64,000 nt of DNA from an uncultured Bacteroidales bacterium (GTDB lineage: Bacteria; Bacteroidota; Bacteroidia; Bacteroidales; VadinHA17), in assembly GCA_963816345.1 (NCBI GenBank), contig CAWFKI010000004.1, positions 151,967 to 215,966 of the forward strand, in the 5' to 3' direction. Below, in pieces: positions 9,538 to 19,978 of the stretch. Position 1 is the first letter of the stretch. Each line of letters starts with the position of its first letter. The notes under the pieces are model-generated. The model saw only the letters and a program-made list of their open reading frames with translations. It did no database searches and was not told where the DNA came from. The position numbers were made by a program, and so were the translations under genes.

Positions 9538-10959
9538 ATGAAAGAAGACCTGAAAATAGCATGGCGTAACCTCTGGAGGAACAAGCGGCGGACGATAATT
9601 ACCTCCTCGTCCGTTTTCTTCGCCGTCTTTTTTGCGATCATCATGAGATCGTACCAGCTGGGGAGCTATGACAGGATGATAAAAAATTTCATCGAATCCT
9701 ATTCAGGTTATCTTCAGGTGCAACATACCGGATTTCAGGATAATCCCTCAATCGATTATTCATTCAGATACAATGACTCTCTGGCAACGGCTATTTCAGG
9801 CATACAGAACGTAGTTTCAGTCGCTCCGCATATAGAGTCATTTGTCCTTGCCTCGGGCGGGACAGAGACAAAGGGAGTTATATTGCTTGCAATTGATCCT
9901 GAAAAGGAAAGGAGATTTTCAAATCCTGAGAATAAGCTGGTAAAATACAGGATCACACCCGAAGCAATCCGGCAGCTGAGGAGTTCCCCTCTGGTTCCTG
10001 CCAGAATAACCGACAGGATTGAAAAGAATATGGGAGCATCCTATTCCTCAGAGGCAAGGTATGAGCTTGAGATCGGGCTGCCAGCAGGTGAGGTAAAACC
10101 ATATATGTCCCTGATCCTTAAATCGAGTGAAGTACCGAACGCGTATCTTTCAGAAAATGACAGGGGAGTTCTGATTTCAGACAGGCTGTCAGATTACCTT
10201 AAATTATCGATCGGCGATACAGTAGTTCTCATGGGTCAGGGTTATCACGGGAACTCCGCGGCCGGAATATTTCCTGTAAGAGGGATAATAAAAATGCCAT
10301 CACCCGATATCGACAGCAAACTGATTATTATGACAATCCCCGAAGCCCAGAACTTTTTTGATGCCCCCGGGAGGATAACCTCCCTGTCAGTAAATCTCAC
10401 TGGCAGGTCCCACCGGATCATGAGCGGCGCGCAGAAAAAGATCAACCTGCTTCTCAGGGGTACTGATACGGTCACCAAAACCTGGGAAGATCTGAACCCG
10501 GTTCTTGTCCAGCAGATCCAGGGCGATAATGAGACAGGCATTGCGACCCTGGCTATGCTTTATTTTATAATATTCTTCGGAATTTTCGGTACTGTTCTGA
10601 TGATGATTGCCGAGCGGACCAGGGAGTTTGGAGTGCTGATCGCCATCGGACTGCAGAGGAGCAGGCTGAAAAGGATAATTATTTTTGAAATGATATTTCT
10701 TGGTATTCAGGGGCTTATCGCCGGCATGCTGGTCAGCGCCCCGGTAATTATGTATTTCTACTATTACCCGATATTATTAAAGGGAGATCTGGGCAGGATG
10801 ATGGAGGATTACGGATGGGATGCCGTGATGCCTACTGCATGGTTTGGCTCCTATTTTTACTGGCAGGCAATAGTTGTTGGAATAATGATAATACTTGCTA
10901 CTCTGTATCCTCTGAGAAAAATCGGCAAACTTAAAGAAATAGAAGCTCTCAGGAGCTGA
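9538..10959 (+). CDS. ABC transporter permease (LolC/E/FtsX-MacB type)
   Basis: AWRNLWRNKRRT, large periplasmic domain, ERTREFGVLIAIG, 4-TM topology. Confidence 0.9.
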   Translation: MKEDLKIAWRNLWRNKRRTIITSSSVFFAVFFAIIMRSYQLGSYDRMIKNFIESYSGYLQVQHTGFQDNPSIDYSFRYNDSLATAISGIQNVVSVAPHIESFVLASGGTETKGVILLAIDPEKERRFSNPENKLVKYRITPEAIRQLRSSPLVPARITDRIEKNMGASYSSEARYELEIGLPAGEVKPYMSLILKSSEVPNAYLSENDRGVLISDRLSDYLKLSIGDTVVLMGQGYHGNSAAGIFPVRGIIKMPSPDIDSKLIIMTIPEAQNFFDAPGRITSLSVNLTGRSHRIMSGAQKKINLLLRGTDTVTKTWEDLNPVLVQQIQGDNETGIATLAMLYFIIFFGIFGTVLMMIAERTREFGVLIAIGLQRSRLKRIIIFEMIFLGIQGLIAGMLVSAPVIMYFYYYPILLKGDLGRMMEDYGWDAVMPTAWFGSYFYWQAIVVGIMIILATLYPLRKIGKLKEIEALRS

Positions 10960-10974
10960 TAAACACAGGAAGCT

Positions 10975-12399
10975 ATGATATGGTCACTCTCATGGAAAAA
11001 TGTCTGGCGTAACAGAATCCGGAGCCTGGTAGTAATTGTTGCAGTTACACTTGGCATTGTATCGGGGGTGATGGTAGTTGGTATCATGGAGGGATGGGTC
11101 AGGCAGCGTCTGCATGATGCGATCTATAATGAGGTATCGCATATTCAGATCCATAACAGCGGATATCTGAAAAATGAAGAGATACTTCTGACAGTGCATG
11201 ATACCGCGAAAATAGCAAAAGCACTGAACACACTTCCGGGGATAAAAGGGTGGACGGAAAGGACCAAAGTGGTTGCGATGATAAGCACTCCATGGGCAAA
11301 TACGGGGGTATTTATTAACGGGATCGACCCTGAGAGGGAGAAAAAGGTAACGGAAATCTTTAAAAAAATTGTTCCCGGCGGGGGAGAATACCTCGATACA
11401 AATAAACCGGGGGAAATTCTTATAAGCGATAAAACCGCTGATATCCTGAAGCTCCGTCAATATTGTATTACCCGGAAGGTAACCGGTATACTGGAAAATG
11501 AAAACTTTCCCGCGACTGTTCTCGCGAAGCTGGCACATCTGAATGATGTAAGATACAGGTCAGAGAAAGATTTCAGGGATGCACTGAAATCGACCCTTTC
11601 AAAGAAAGAGCTTGACAGATATGGTCCCGGGATATTGGATTCTTCTCTCAATTACAGGCTAGGGCATAAGATCGAGGTCACAATTTCAGATGAAACGGGA
11701 GCTCCTGTTCAGGGAATTTTCAGGGTATGCGGCATATATAAAACGACAAACACCGGATTTGACCAGTCAAATGTTTATGTCGATGCACATGACCTGGCAG
11801 AACTGTATGACGGAAAGAATGTTCTTGTCCACGAGATTGCTGTTTTACTCTATAACACTGATGATGCAAATCCTATGAAAGAAAAGCTTTCAGGGATATC
11901 GTCAGGTAACACGGTCAGCACATGGGAGGAACTGGCTCCTGATGCCGCCATGATGAATGATTACATGATTTTGTACTACTTTATCTTTATCGGAATTGTG
12001 ATGTTCGCCCTTGCATTTGGTATAATAAACACAATGATGATGGCCATCCTGGAGAGGACAAAGGAACTCGGCATGCTGATGGCCATCGGAATGAACCGGA
12101 TAAAGATCTTCACAATGATAATGCTTGAGACGGTATTTCTTACTCTTGTAGGTGCGGTCGCCGGTATGCTTTCCGGCTGGTTGCTGATAGAGATCCTGGG
12201 CAATACCGGGATCCATTTTTCAACATGGGGTCAGGGATTTGAAGCAATAGGTTTTGCTGCAACTGTTTACCCGGTAATATCTCCGGCCTTCTTTCTGCTG
12301 ATTACCGCCATGGTAATAGTAACTGCAATTATTTCATCGGTATGGCCGGCAAGGAAAGCCCTGAAGCTTGATCCTGCAGAGGCAATCAGAACTGAATAA
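10975..12399 (+). CDS. ABC transporter permease (LolC/E/FtsX-MacB type), second paralog
   Basis: SWKNVWRNRIRS, ERTKELGMLMAIGM, PARKALKLDPAEAIR. Confidence 0.9.
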   Translation: MIWSLSWKNVWRNRIRSLVVIVAVTLGIVSGVMVVGIMEGWVRQRLHDAIYNEVSHIQIHNSGYLKNEEILLTVHDTAKIAKALNTLPGIKGWTERTKVVAMISTPWANTGVFINGIDPEREKKVTEIFKKIVPGGGEYLDTNKPGEILISDKTADILKLRQYCITRKVTGILENENFPATVLAKLAHLNDVRYRSEKDFRDALKSTLSKKELDRYGPGILDSSLNYRLGHKIEVTISDETGAPVQGIFRVCGIYKTTNTGFDQSNVYVDAHDLAELYDGKNVLVHEIAVLLYNTDDANPMKEKLSGISSGNTVSTWEELAPDAAMMNDYMILYYFIFIGIVMFALAFGIINTMMMAILERTKELGMLMAIGMNRIKIFTMIMLETVFLTLVGAVAGMLSGWLLIEILGNTGIHFSTWGQGFEAIGFAATVYPVISPAFFLLITAMVIVTAIISSVWPARKALKLDPAEAIRTE

Positions 12400-12425
12400 T
12401 ATTTATCAACATAATCCCGAATGCA

Positions 12426-13112
12426 ATGAAGGTGCTCGAATTGAAAAAAGTAAATAAGATATACGAGAGTTCGGAAGTTCCTGTTCACGCTGTCAATGAT
12501 GTGACACTTGATTTCAATGAGGCTGAGTTTGCAGCAATTGTGGGGCCGTCTGGCTCAGGAAAAACGACACTGCTTAATCTGATCGGAGGTCTGGACATGC
12601 CCACATCCGGTGAGATCATTATTGACGGCACTATTCTGTCAAAGCTAAAATCATCCCAGCTTATTGACTTCAGGATGAGAAATATAGGTTTCGTTTTCCA
12701 GTCTTACAACCTTATTCCTGTTCTGACGGCGAAAGAGAATGTGGAATTTATAATGTCACTTCAAAAATGGCCCAGGGCTGAAAGGGATGAAAGAACCCTC
12801 GAACTGCTTAACGCCGTAGGGCTTGGCGACAGGGTGAACAGCAGACCCTCTAAGATGTCGGGGGGTCAGCAGCAAAGGGTTGCGGTGGCAAGAGCCCTGG
12901 CTTCCCGCCCAAAGTTCGTGCTTGCAGATGAGCCTACTGCTAACCTCGATTCCAGATCAGCAACCACTTTGCTTGAGATCATGGAAAAGCTTAATCATGA
13001 AGAGAAGATCACTTTTATATTTTCAACACATGATGCAAGAGTTGTCAGGATGGCACATCGCGTCATCACCCTCGAGGATGGCAAAGTGATATCGGACGAG
13101 GTAAGAGAGTAG
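12426..13112 (+). CDS. ABC transporter ATP-binding protein (LolD/MacB-like)
   Basis: Walker A GPSGSGKT, signature MSGGQQQR, LADEPTANLD, STHD. Confidence 0.93.
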   Translation: MKVLELKKVNKIYESSEVPVHAVNDVTLDFNEAEFAAIVGPSGSGKTTLLNLIGGLDMPTSGEIIIDGTILSKLKSSQLIDFRMRNIGFVFQSYNLIPVLTAKENVEFIMSLQKWPRAERDERTLELLNAVGLGDRVNSRPSKMSGGQQQRVAVARALASRPKFVLADEPTANLDSRSATTLLEIMEKLNHEEKITFIFSTHDARVVRMAHRVITLEDGKVISDEVRE

Positions 13113-13131
13113 CACTTCAGAAGCCGTACCA

Positions 13132-14283
13132 ATGAGAAAAATTGTCTTCATCCTTTCCTGTGTTTTGATTTCCCGGGCATTTGCTTCCGGTCAGGAGAAG
13201 CCTAAATTCCTGACGCTGGACGGATATGTTTCATCATTGCAAAGCGTTATTTTTGACTCTTTATCCGGGCCTTTTCTAAATGATAATCTTATTCATAACA
13301 GATTTAACCTGAAGGGATATATTAATAAAAATATAACTTTCGCTGCAGAATTCAGGAACAGGCTCTTCACCGGGGATCTTATAAGAACGGGTCCATCATA
13401 TGCAGAGATGATCGGAAGCGATCCGGGATGGGTTGATCTTTCATTCAATATCCTTAGTGAACAGTCGTTTTTATTCAACACAACAATTGACCGGCTGTGG
13501 GCTGATTTTAACTATGGAAAAATCGAGGTGAGGGCCGGCAGGCAGAGGATCAACTGGTCACAGGCGCTTGTATGGAATCCGAATGATGTTTTCAATGCAT
13601 ACTCCTTCTTTGATTTTGATTATGCCGAAAAACCCGGAAGCGATGCAATAAGGATCCAGTATTATCCCGGCTCTTCTTCTGCAGTTGAACTGGCAGTAAA
13701 GTCTGACAATAAGAATAACATAACTGCCGCTGCCCTGTACAGGTTCAACAAATGGAATTATGATATCCAGTTTCTTGCAGGATATGTGGGGTCAGAAGAT
13801 CTGATGGCAGGCGCCGGATGGTCAGGTGCATTCGGATCACTGTCATTCAGGGGAGAATTTTCATGGTTCCAGCCGGTGAGGAATCTGAACGGTTCCGCGC
13901 CGACCGGCATTTTTACTGCAGGACTTGACAGGTCCTTTAAAAATAATGCAATGGCTCAGATGCAGTTAATGTACTGCAATAATCCTGTGAGTCCCGGAAG
14001 TTTCAATACCTTTTATTATGGCACATTATCTGCAAAAGAGCTGGCTTTTTCAAAATTTTCTGCCTTTGCACTCTTTACCTATCCCGTAACCCCTCTTTTT
14101 AATGCAACTCTGGCCGGGATGTGGTTTCCTGACCTGGATGGCTATTACGCAGGCCCTTCCCTCGATTATTCCATTGCGGAAAATGTGGATCTTTCACTGT
14201 TCTGGCAGCATTTCAAAAGTAAAACAGGTTTGGGAGGTGAAACTATTAACCTGGGATTCCTCAGAGTAAAGGTCAGTTTCTAG
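13132..14283 (+). CDS. Putative outer-membrane beta-barrel partner of the ABC/LolA-like system
   Basis: Signal peptide, GRQRINW...WNPND motif, amphipathic strands, terminal Phe (RVKVSF). Confidence 0.7.
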   Translation: MRKIVFILSCVLISRAFASGQEKPKFLTLDGYVSSLQSVIFDSLSGPFLNDNLIHNRFNLKGYINKNITFAAEFRNRLFTGDLIRTGPSYAEMIGSDPGWVDLSFNILSEQSFLFNTTIDRLWADFNYGKIEVRAGRQRINWSQALVWNPNDVFNAYSFFDFDYAEKPGSDAIRIQYYPGSSSAVELAVKSDNKNNITAAALYRFNKWNYDIQFLAGYVGSEDLMAGAGWSGAFGSLSFRGEFSWFQPVRNLNGSAPTGIFTAGLDRSFKNNAMAQMQLMYCNNPVSPGSFNTFYYGTLSAKELAFSKFSAFALFTYPVTPLFNATLAGMWFPDLDGYYAGPSLDYSIAENVDLSLFWQHFKSKTGLGGETINLGFLRVKVSF

Positions 14284-14320
14284 AATTTTGATATTTTTGC
14301 ATCAATACTTATAATTTAAG

Positions 14321-15061
14321 ATGGCACTGGTTCAGGAATTTGAAAGAAGCGGGAACTGGCTCTTCAGAAGAAGAAGCTGGCTGCCTGTTTTCATGGTCGG
14401 CGCAGGGATATTTGTTATGTACCTCGGCAACCGTCAGGCAATCCTTTTTGATATGAGAGATGAACTTATATTCCTGGGAATCAGTCTCTTTGGTCAGATA
14501 ATCAGGATACTGACCGTGGGTTATGCTCCGATGAATACCTCAGGAAGGAATACAATTGACGGACAGGTTGCAGCTGATCTGAATGTAACCGGGATATATT
14601 CCCTGCTTCGCCATCCCCTTTACATTGCCAATTTCTTCATATGGCTGGGGCCCCTGTTATTCATACGCTCAATATGGTTCATACTGGTATCCGGGCTCGT
14701 ATACTGGTTATATTATGAAAGGATAATGTTTGCCGAAGAACAATTCTTAAAAAGAAAATTCGGGGATGTCTATGACAAATGGTCAGAAAAAGTCAGCTCC
14801 GTGATCCCCTACTCTTTAAAAATTGTCAGGCCGGCCCTGCCATTTTCAGTCAGGAGTGTGCTTAAGAGTGAGTATAACAGTTTTTTTTATATTTTAATGG
14901 TATTCACAGTCCTCGATCTCTCCAGGAACTATTTCCTGTCAGAACATATTTATATTACTCCGATGTGGATGTACATTAGCTTGCCAGCTCTTTTAATATA
15001 TATAGCATTACTGGCAATCCGCAAGGGTACAGGCTGGCTCAGTTTCTACGTCCGCCCATGA
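14321..15061 (+). CDS. ICMT/PEMT-family membrane methyltransferase, resembling lipid A 1-phosphate methyltransferase (LmtA-like)
   Basis: TSGRN, TGIYSLLRHPLY, EEQFL..KFG..Y motifs; multiple TMs; TATTTTTG at 14292-14299. Confidence 0.75.
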   Translation: MALVQEFERSGNWLFRRRSWLPVFMVGAGIFVMYLGNRQAILFDMRDELIFLGISLFGQIIRILTVGYAPMNTSGRNTIDGQVAADLNVTGIYSLLRHPLYIANFFIWLGPLLFIRSIWFILVSGLVYWLYYERIMFAEEQFLKRKFGDVYDKWSEKVSSVIPYSLKIVRPALPFSVRSVLKSEYNSFFYILMVFTVLDLSRNYFLSEHIYITPMWMYISLPALLIYIALLAIRKGTGWLSFYVRP

Positions 15062-15719
15062 AGATCATTATATAATAGAGCAGCGTTGCCAGCGATCCGA
15101 GAGCAGCAATAACATAAGTATATGCAGCCCATTTGAGGGCATCTTTTGCCTTATCATGGTTGTAGTACGATGTGATACCTGCATTTGAAAGCCAGGCCAG
15201 GGCCCTGCGGCTTGCATCGATCTCCACCGGCAGGGTAATGAAGCTGAAAAGTGTCGTAATTGCAAAGAGTATAATGCCTGCAAACAAAACGGCCGGAAAG
15301 GTCTGAATAAGCAGAATACCTGCAAGCAGGATCCATTGTACATACCTGGAAGAAAAGCTTACAACCGGAACCAGCTTTGATCTGAATCCGAGCCATGCAT
15401 ATGCCTTTGCGTGCTGTACTGCATGTCCGCATTCATGAGCCGCTACCGCAGCTGACGAAATACTGCGTCCGTTATATACCTCCTGACTGAGATTGATTGT
15501 CATATCGGCCGGATTATAATGATCAGTAAGCTGACCCTGAACGCTTTCCACTTTAACATTTGTGATTCCGAAATCACTCAGCATCTTCTCTGCCACATCG
15601 CGACCCGACATCCCGTTGTCGAGAGGGATTTTAGAATATTTCTTAAACTTGGATTTTAACACCATGCTTACGATCCAGCTCAGGATCATAAAGCCTATAA
15701 AAAGAATCCAGATATTCAT
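15039..15719 (-). CDS. YugP-like membrane zinc metallopeptidase
   Basis: LTDHYNP, AAHECGHAVQH, TLPVEIDASRRA, AAYTYV. Confidence 0.9.
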   Translation of the reverse strand: MNIWILFIGFMILSWIVSMVLKSKFKKYSKIPLDNGMSGRDVAEKMLSDFGITNVKVESVQGQLTDHYNPADMTINLSQEVYNGRSISSAAVAAHECGHAVQHAKAYAWLGFRSKLVPVVSFSSRYVQWILLAGILLIQTFPAVLFAGIILFAITTLFSFITLPVEIDASRRALAWLSNAGITSYYNHDKAKDALKWAAYTYVIAALGSLATLLYYIMIFMGGRRN

Positions 15720-15863
15720 AATAATTTTCCTTTTTAGTATTTTTCATTCTACCTGCAAAATTTCTGCCAGATTATTCCGGGCATTACAAATAGTCAATTT
15801 GGCATGCATCTCTTATCCCGAACCCTGAAAACTCATTTAATTGCCTATTATTATCTTTGTATC

Positions 15864-16172
15864 ATGATAAAGTTTATAAACAGCCTGCTTTCATTTCTGT
15901 TATCCCTGCCTGTACTTCTTTACAGGTATTCGATTTCCCCTTATCTGCGACCCTCCTGCCGTCATGTTCCGTCCTGTTCGCAGTTTATGCTCGATGCCCT
16001 GAAGATTCACGGGCCATTCACCGGCCTGTATTTGGGTATCGGAAGAATATTAAGGTGCAGGCCTGGTGGCACACATGGCTATGATCCGGTTCCGGTTTTC
16101 AGATTCCGCCGTTACCGTCCTCTTTATTCGCTCTTCTTCGGTGCAGAAAAAGAAAACAGGCTGAAGCACTGA
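15864..16172 (+). CDS. yidD: Membrane protein insertion efficiency factor YidD
   Basis: YRYSISP..PSCRHVPSCSQF...RILRCRP..THGYDPVP; start moved to ATG 15864, just after TATCTTTG at 15852-15859. Confidence 0.88.
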   Translation: MIKFINSLLSFLLSLPVLLYRYSISPYLRPSCRHVPSCSQFMLDALKIHGPFTGLYLGIGRILRCRPGGTHGYDPVPVFRFRRYRPLYSLFFGAEKENRLKH

Positions 16173-16208
16173 ACTGGTCAGAAAAGGCCAGCTGTCCCCG
16201 TGCGGCAA

Positions 16209-16961
16209 TTAAAAATTAAGCTTCTCTTTCAGATGTCTGTAGCCTGTCCTGCTGACGGGAAGTCTGTCGCCTGAATTCAGAATTGCTATATAGTTTTCTT
16301 TACCATAGGGCTCAATACGATTGATCTCCGCAATCTTTACGATATATGACCTGTGAATTCTTAAAAAATCGGTTTTTGACAGATTATCTTCAAAGGACTT
16401 CATTGTCTGCTGTTTAAGGGCTTTGCCTGCCGAATGATATATCATAACATAATCATCCTGTGCCTCTACATATCTGACCTGCTCCACTGGTATAAGATTG
16501 ATTGCATTTCCCTTGCGTACAACAATTCTGTTGACAGGGGGTGAGGCTTCAGGTTTTTTTGAAAGAAGCTGATTAGCCGGCTCCTTATTTCCTTTTCCTG
16601 AACGGATCCTTGTTATGGCTTTTTTTACGGCCTCCAGAAACCGCCGTTTTGGGAAAGGCTTCATAAGGTAATCGACGGCGTTGAGCTCAAAAGCCCTGAT
16701 AGCAAACTGATCGTAGGCAGTTGTAAAGATTATCTCCGGTTTTTCGGTAAGGACCTCGACCATCTCAATACCCGTAAGTCTTGGCATCTGGATATCAAGA
16801 AAGACCAGATCAGGCTTCAGCGAGGATATTGCCTTCAGTCCGCTGAAGCCGTCGGAACATTCCTCAATTACTTCAACCGAATCGACCTCCTTTAGATAAT
16901 GTTTAATAATATCCCTTGCCGGAGATTCATCGTCAATTATTATTATTCTGATATTTTCCAT
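16209..16961 (-). CDS. LytTR-family response regulator
   Basis: Receiver IIDDE/FLDIQMP/TTAY/KP plus LytTR FLRIHRSYIV, LPVSR. Confidence 0.93.
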   Translation of the reverse strand: MENIRIIIIDDESPARDIIKHYLKEVDSVEVIEECSDGFSGLKAISSLKPDLVFLDIQMPRLTGIEMVEVLTEKPEIIFTTAYDQFAIRAFELNAVDYLMKPFPKRRFLEAVKKAITRIRSGKGNKEPANQLLSKKPEASPPVNRIVVRKGNAINLIPVEQVRYVEAQDDYVMIYHSAGKALKQQTMKSFEDNLSKTDFLRIHRSYIVKIAEINRIEPYGKENYIAILNSGDRLPVSRTGYRHLKEKLNF

Positions 16962-17045
16962 CGGTATTAACTCACACTCAGCTGCTGACAGATCATTTAA
17001 AAATCTTACGGCTAAAATTATAAATTTATTTTCAAATGATATCTT

Positions 17046-18100
17046 TTAATTTTCTGCAGGGATATAGAGAGTAACGGTATAGATCCCGTTTTCCTTCAGT
17101 GTCCTGATGGAGGCCCTGTTGCCATAGAACAGCTCAAGACGTCTTGTGACATTTGACACACCGGTACCTGTACCTCTCTTTAATGAAGGCGCCGGGTCAT
17201 AATTATTGCTTATAATTATTTCAATATAACCATCATTGATCTTCGCCTCAGTCATTATCCGCACATTTTCGGTACTTTCATAAACTCCATGTTTTACAGC
17301 ATTCTCATAGAGCGGTTGCAGCAGCAATACCGGGATTTTTAAACCAAGGCATCCGGGTTCTATAATCTCTTGTGTAGTAAGCTTATCGCCAAATCTTACC
17401 TTTTCAATGTCAAGATATAGCCGCAGGTTCTCAAGCTCATTTTGCAGGGTTACAGGTTGTTCATCTTTTCTGGAAAGGGCATATCTCATAAACTCCGAGA
17501 GTTTGACAATCATATCCCTGGCCTTCTCAGGATCAGTTATTGTGAGGGAGCTGATTGAATTAAGGCTGTTAAAAAGAAAATGGGGATTGATCTGTGACCG
17601 CAGCATTTTAAGTTCGGTCTCTTTCACAAGGCTTTCAAGACGTGCCTCCTTTGCATTTTTTTCCGAGAGGTTCGAAAGGCTGACAAAAAGAAAATATGAG
17701 AGGATGATAAGTCCGTAAATAAATGCTCCCGTTCCTATCCTGTAGGGAAATGTGGCATCCCAGTAAAGGGCATAATCATTCGGTTCGGGCAGCACCAGCT
17801 GCATGATAAACTTTGTAATTAAAACCCAGAGGGTGATAGATATTGCTCCGCTTAAAACAAGATTTGAGATCAGGGTTGCAGGCCGGGTCTCTCCGGTAGT
17901 GAAAAAGCTGAACGGATACCAGAGCGAAAGAGCAATCCCGGAATAAATAATAAATGATACAAGGCTGTCGATGATTCCTGATTTAGTAAAGCTTCCGAAG
18001 GCATAGTAGAAAAGAAGAGTACTGGCCCAGCTGCAAGAACGAGCCAGACCAGCCACCAGACTATCAGCCGTATTTTGTTAAGAAGTACCGGGTGTTTCAT
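17046..18100 (-). CDS. LytS-type sensor histidine kinase; N-terminus split by a frameshift near 18020
   Basis: LRSQINPHFLFNSLN, QPLYENAVKHG, GTGVSNV; the N-terminal TM MKHPVLLNKIRLIVWW lies in another frame (17870..18100 ORF). Confidence 0.88.
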
Positions 18101-18107
18101 TCAGATC

Positions 18108-18859
18108 TCAGTAACTTTTTACCTCTCCGCCGCCAAAGACTACTGCACCTTTTATTACAAGCTGCTTTGTGGTGTCAACAATCCTTGTGGATTAAGCTTC
18201 CTTGAGTCGCCGAATCCCCCGAGGACCGGCACTACTTCAATTTTAACATTCCAGTCGCCGGGAACAATGATAGTGGTGCCTCCGAAAACACAGGCCAGTT
18301 CAAGCTCTGAAACGCCGGGTGCAAGTTTTGCCTTAGTCAGGTCAATTTCACTTCCTCCGAATATAGCGGTGATCTTTCCTCCCCTGAAATTATCTGAGAC
18401 AATCTGACGTTCCCCGCCGCTGAATACATGCACATAATCAATATAATCATCTCCCACCTGCGGTGATGAAGAGACGGAATTCCAGCCTTTGCGCCTTGAA
18501 AATATAAAGATCAACACCAATGACTATGAAAATGGCAGGCCAGAACATATTTACATCGAATGTCTCCATGAAAATATGCGGAATGAGAAAAAATGCCCCG
18601 ACGGCCATAACGATGATCCCGGAGGTTTTTCCTCCTGAGGAGCCGATTGTGATTACAAGTCCGATGCCTATCAGCAGCATAGGCCAGCTGAAGATGATAT
18701 GTTCCATAAAATTCGGAAGGAATCCTGTGTTCCTCAGTACAAGAAATAATCCGACAATTACCAGTATCACCCCAACCATTGCCCGGTTGCTCAAATGGAT
18801 GATTATGGTCATGCCTGGTAGTAGTCATTGTCGTTCCGATACTCATTATTTGTTTCCAT
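18108..18859 (-). CDS. LiaF-like cell-wall-antibiotic response membrane protein (TM domain plus DUF2154-like domain), broken by several frameshifts
   Basis: Pieces join as METNNEY..., SNRAMVGVILVIVG...SWPMLLIGIG, VFSGGER..FRGGKITAIFGGSEIDL..CVFGG..IVPGDWNV, and KQLVIKGAVVFGGGEVKSY* (stop at 18108-18110). Confidence 0.8.
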
Positions 18860-18893
18860 GGCTGTAAAATTATTTGTTTCTGAATAAATTGCA

Positions 18894-19256
18894 TTATCTT
18901 TTAAGTTTAAAGAAAGAAGAGAGAATAAATGACAGGCCTATCAGTACAATAACAGCCGGCCAGTAGAGTGTTTTCACGATCTCCGGTGTGACGATAAAGA
19001 AATCGTCCAGCAGGAACCATACTCCTCCGGCAGCATCATGATCAATCCTCCTGTTAACTGAGGTTCAGCAGCAACAACGCACCAATGAATATCAATGCCG
19101 GTCTGCCAGGTAAAATAATTGTTTATGCTTCCAAGATGAAAAAGGTCATTGGTAGCTATCAGAAGCGCTACTCCCAGCAGGATAAAAAACAATCCGATAC
19201 CGGGAACGTGGATGATGGTCCATCTTCTCTGAATAATTATGATATTTGTGTCTCAT
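18894..19256 (-). CDS. Small LiaF/DUF5668-type TM protein, frameshifted
   Basis: Manual joining gives MRHKYH...GLFFILLGVALL...YFTWQ...LYWPAVIVLIGLSFILSSFFKLKR*. Confidence 0.6.
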
Positions 19257-19413
19257 GATTTAAGTTTTTTAATCCGGAATCAAAGATAATTCACCTTATC
19301 CGGAGAAGCTAAGAGAAAATCGGCGAATGCCGTTTTTTAACCGGTGATTTGTCATTTTAGAGCAATTAATGTTACTTTTTTGTTGATAATTTTTTTAATT
19401 GAATAAGGATTCA

Positions 19414-19421
19414 TATTTTTG
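19414..19421 (+). promoter_or_regulatory. Bacteroidota sigma-70 -7 element upstream of yceD-rpmF-plsX-fabH
   Basis: TATTTTTG matches TAnnTTTG, about 20 nt before the ATG at 19441. Confidence 0.6.
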
Positions 19422-19440
19422 CAAACCAAAATTTAAAGAG

Positions 19441-19966
19441 ATGTCCGGTTCATATGACCATAGGATTAAGCGGATTGAAAGAGGGACGCCACAAAATTGA
19501 TTTTGAGATTGATAATAAGTTTTTTGAAAGTTTTGAAGAGTCGGAAATTAAGGAAGGAAGGCTGTTTGCACATGTTGAGCTTGACAAAGGGTCGTCTCAT
19601 ATCGATCTGTTAATAAGGATTTCAGGAAGTGTGAAGGTATGCTGTGACAGATGCCTGGAGATGTTTTATTATCCTGTGGATTGTGAGAACAGGCTTCTTA
19701 TCAAAACGGGGAAGAAAATTGACGATGATGAAGATCCTGACATTATTTCCCTTGCTGCGGATGAACATGAGCTTGATCTGAGGCAGCATTTTTATGATTA
19801 TATTCATCTGGCTCTTCCTATAAAAAAGGTTCATCCGGATGATATTGACGGGAAAAGCACCTGCGATCCTGAGATGCTGAAGAAACTCAATGAGCTTGTC
19901 ATTGAAGATGAAATTGAAAGTGACCCGCGGTGGGACGAACTGAAGAAATTAATGAATGACAATTAA
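19441..19966 (+). CDS. yceD: DUF177/YceD family protein; probable true start ATG 19441 with a 1-nt frameshift (track ORF starts at 19454)
   Basis: GLKEGRH..F, CDRCLE, LALPIKKVHP, DPRWDELKKL; directly upstream of rpmF. Confidence 0.88.
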
Positions 19967-19978
19967 ATATAACTGACA

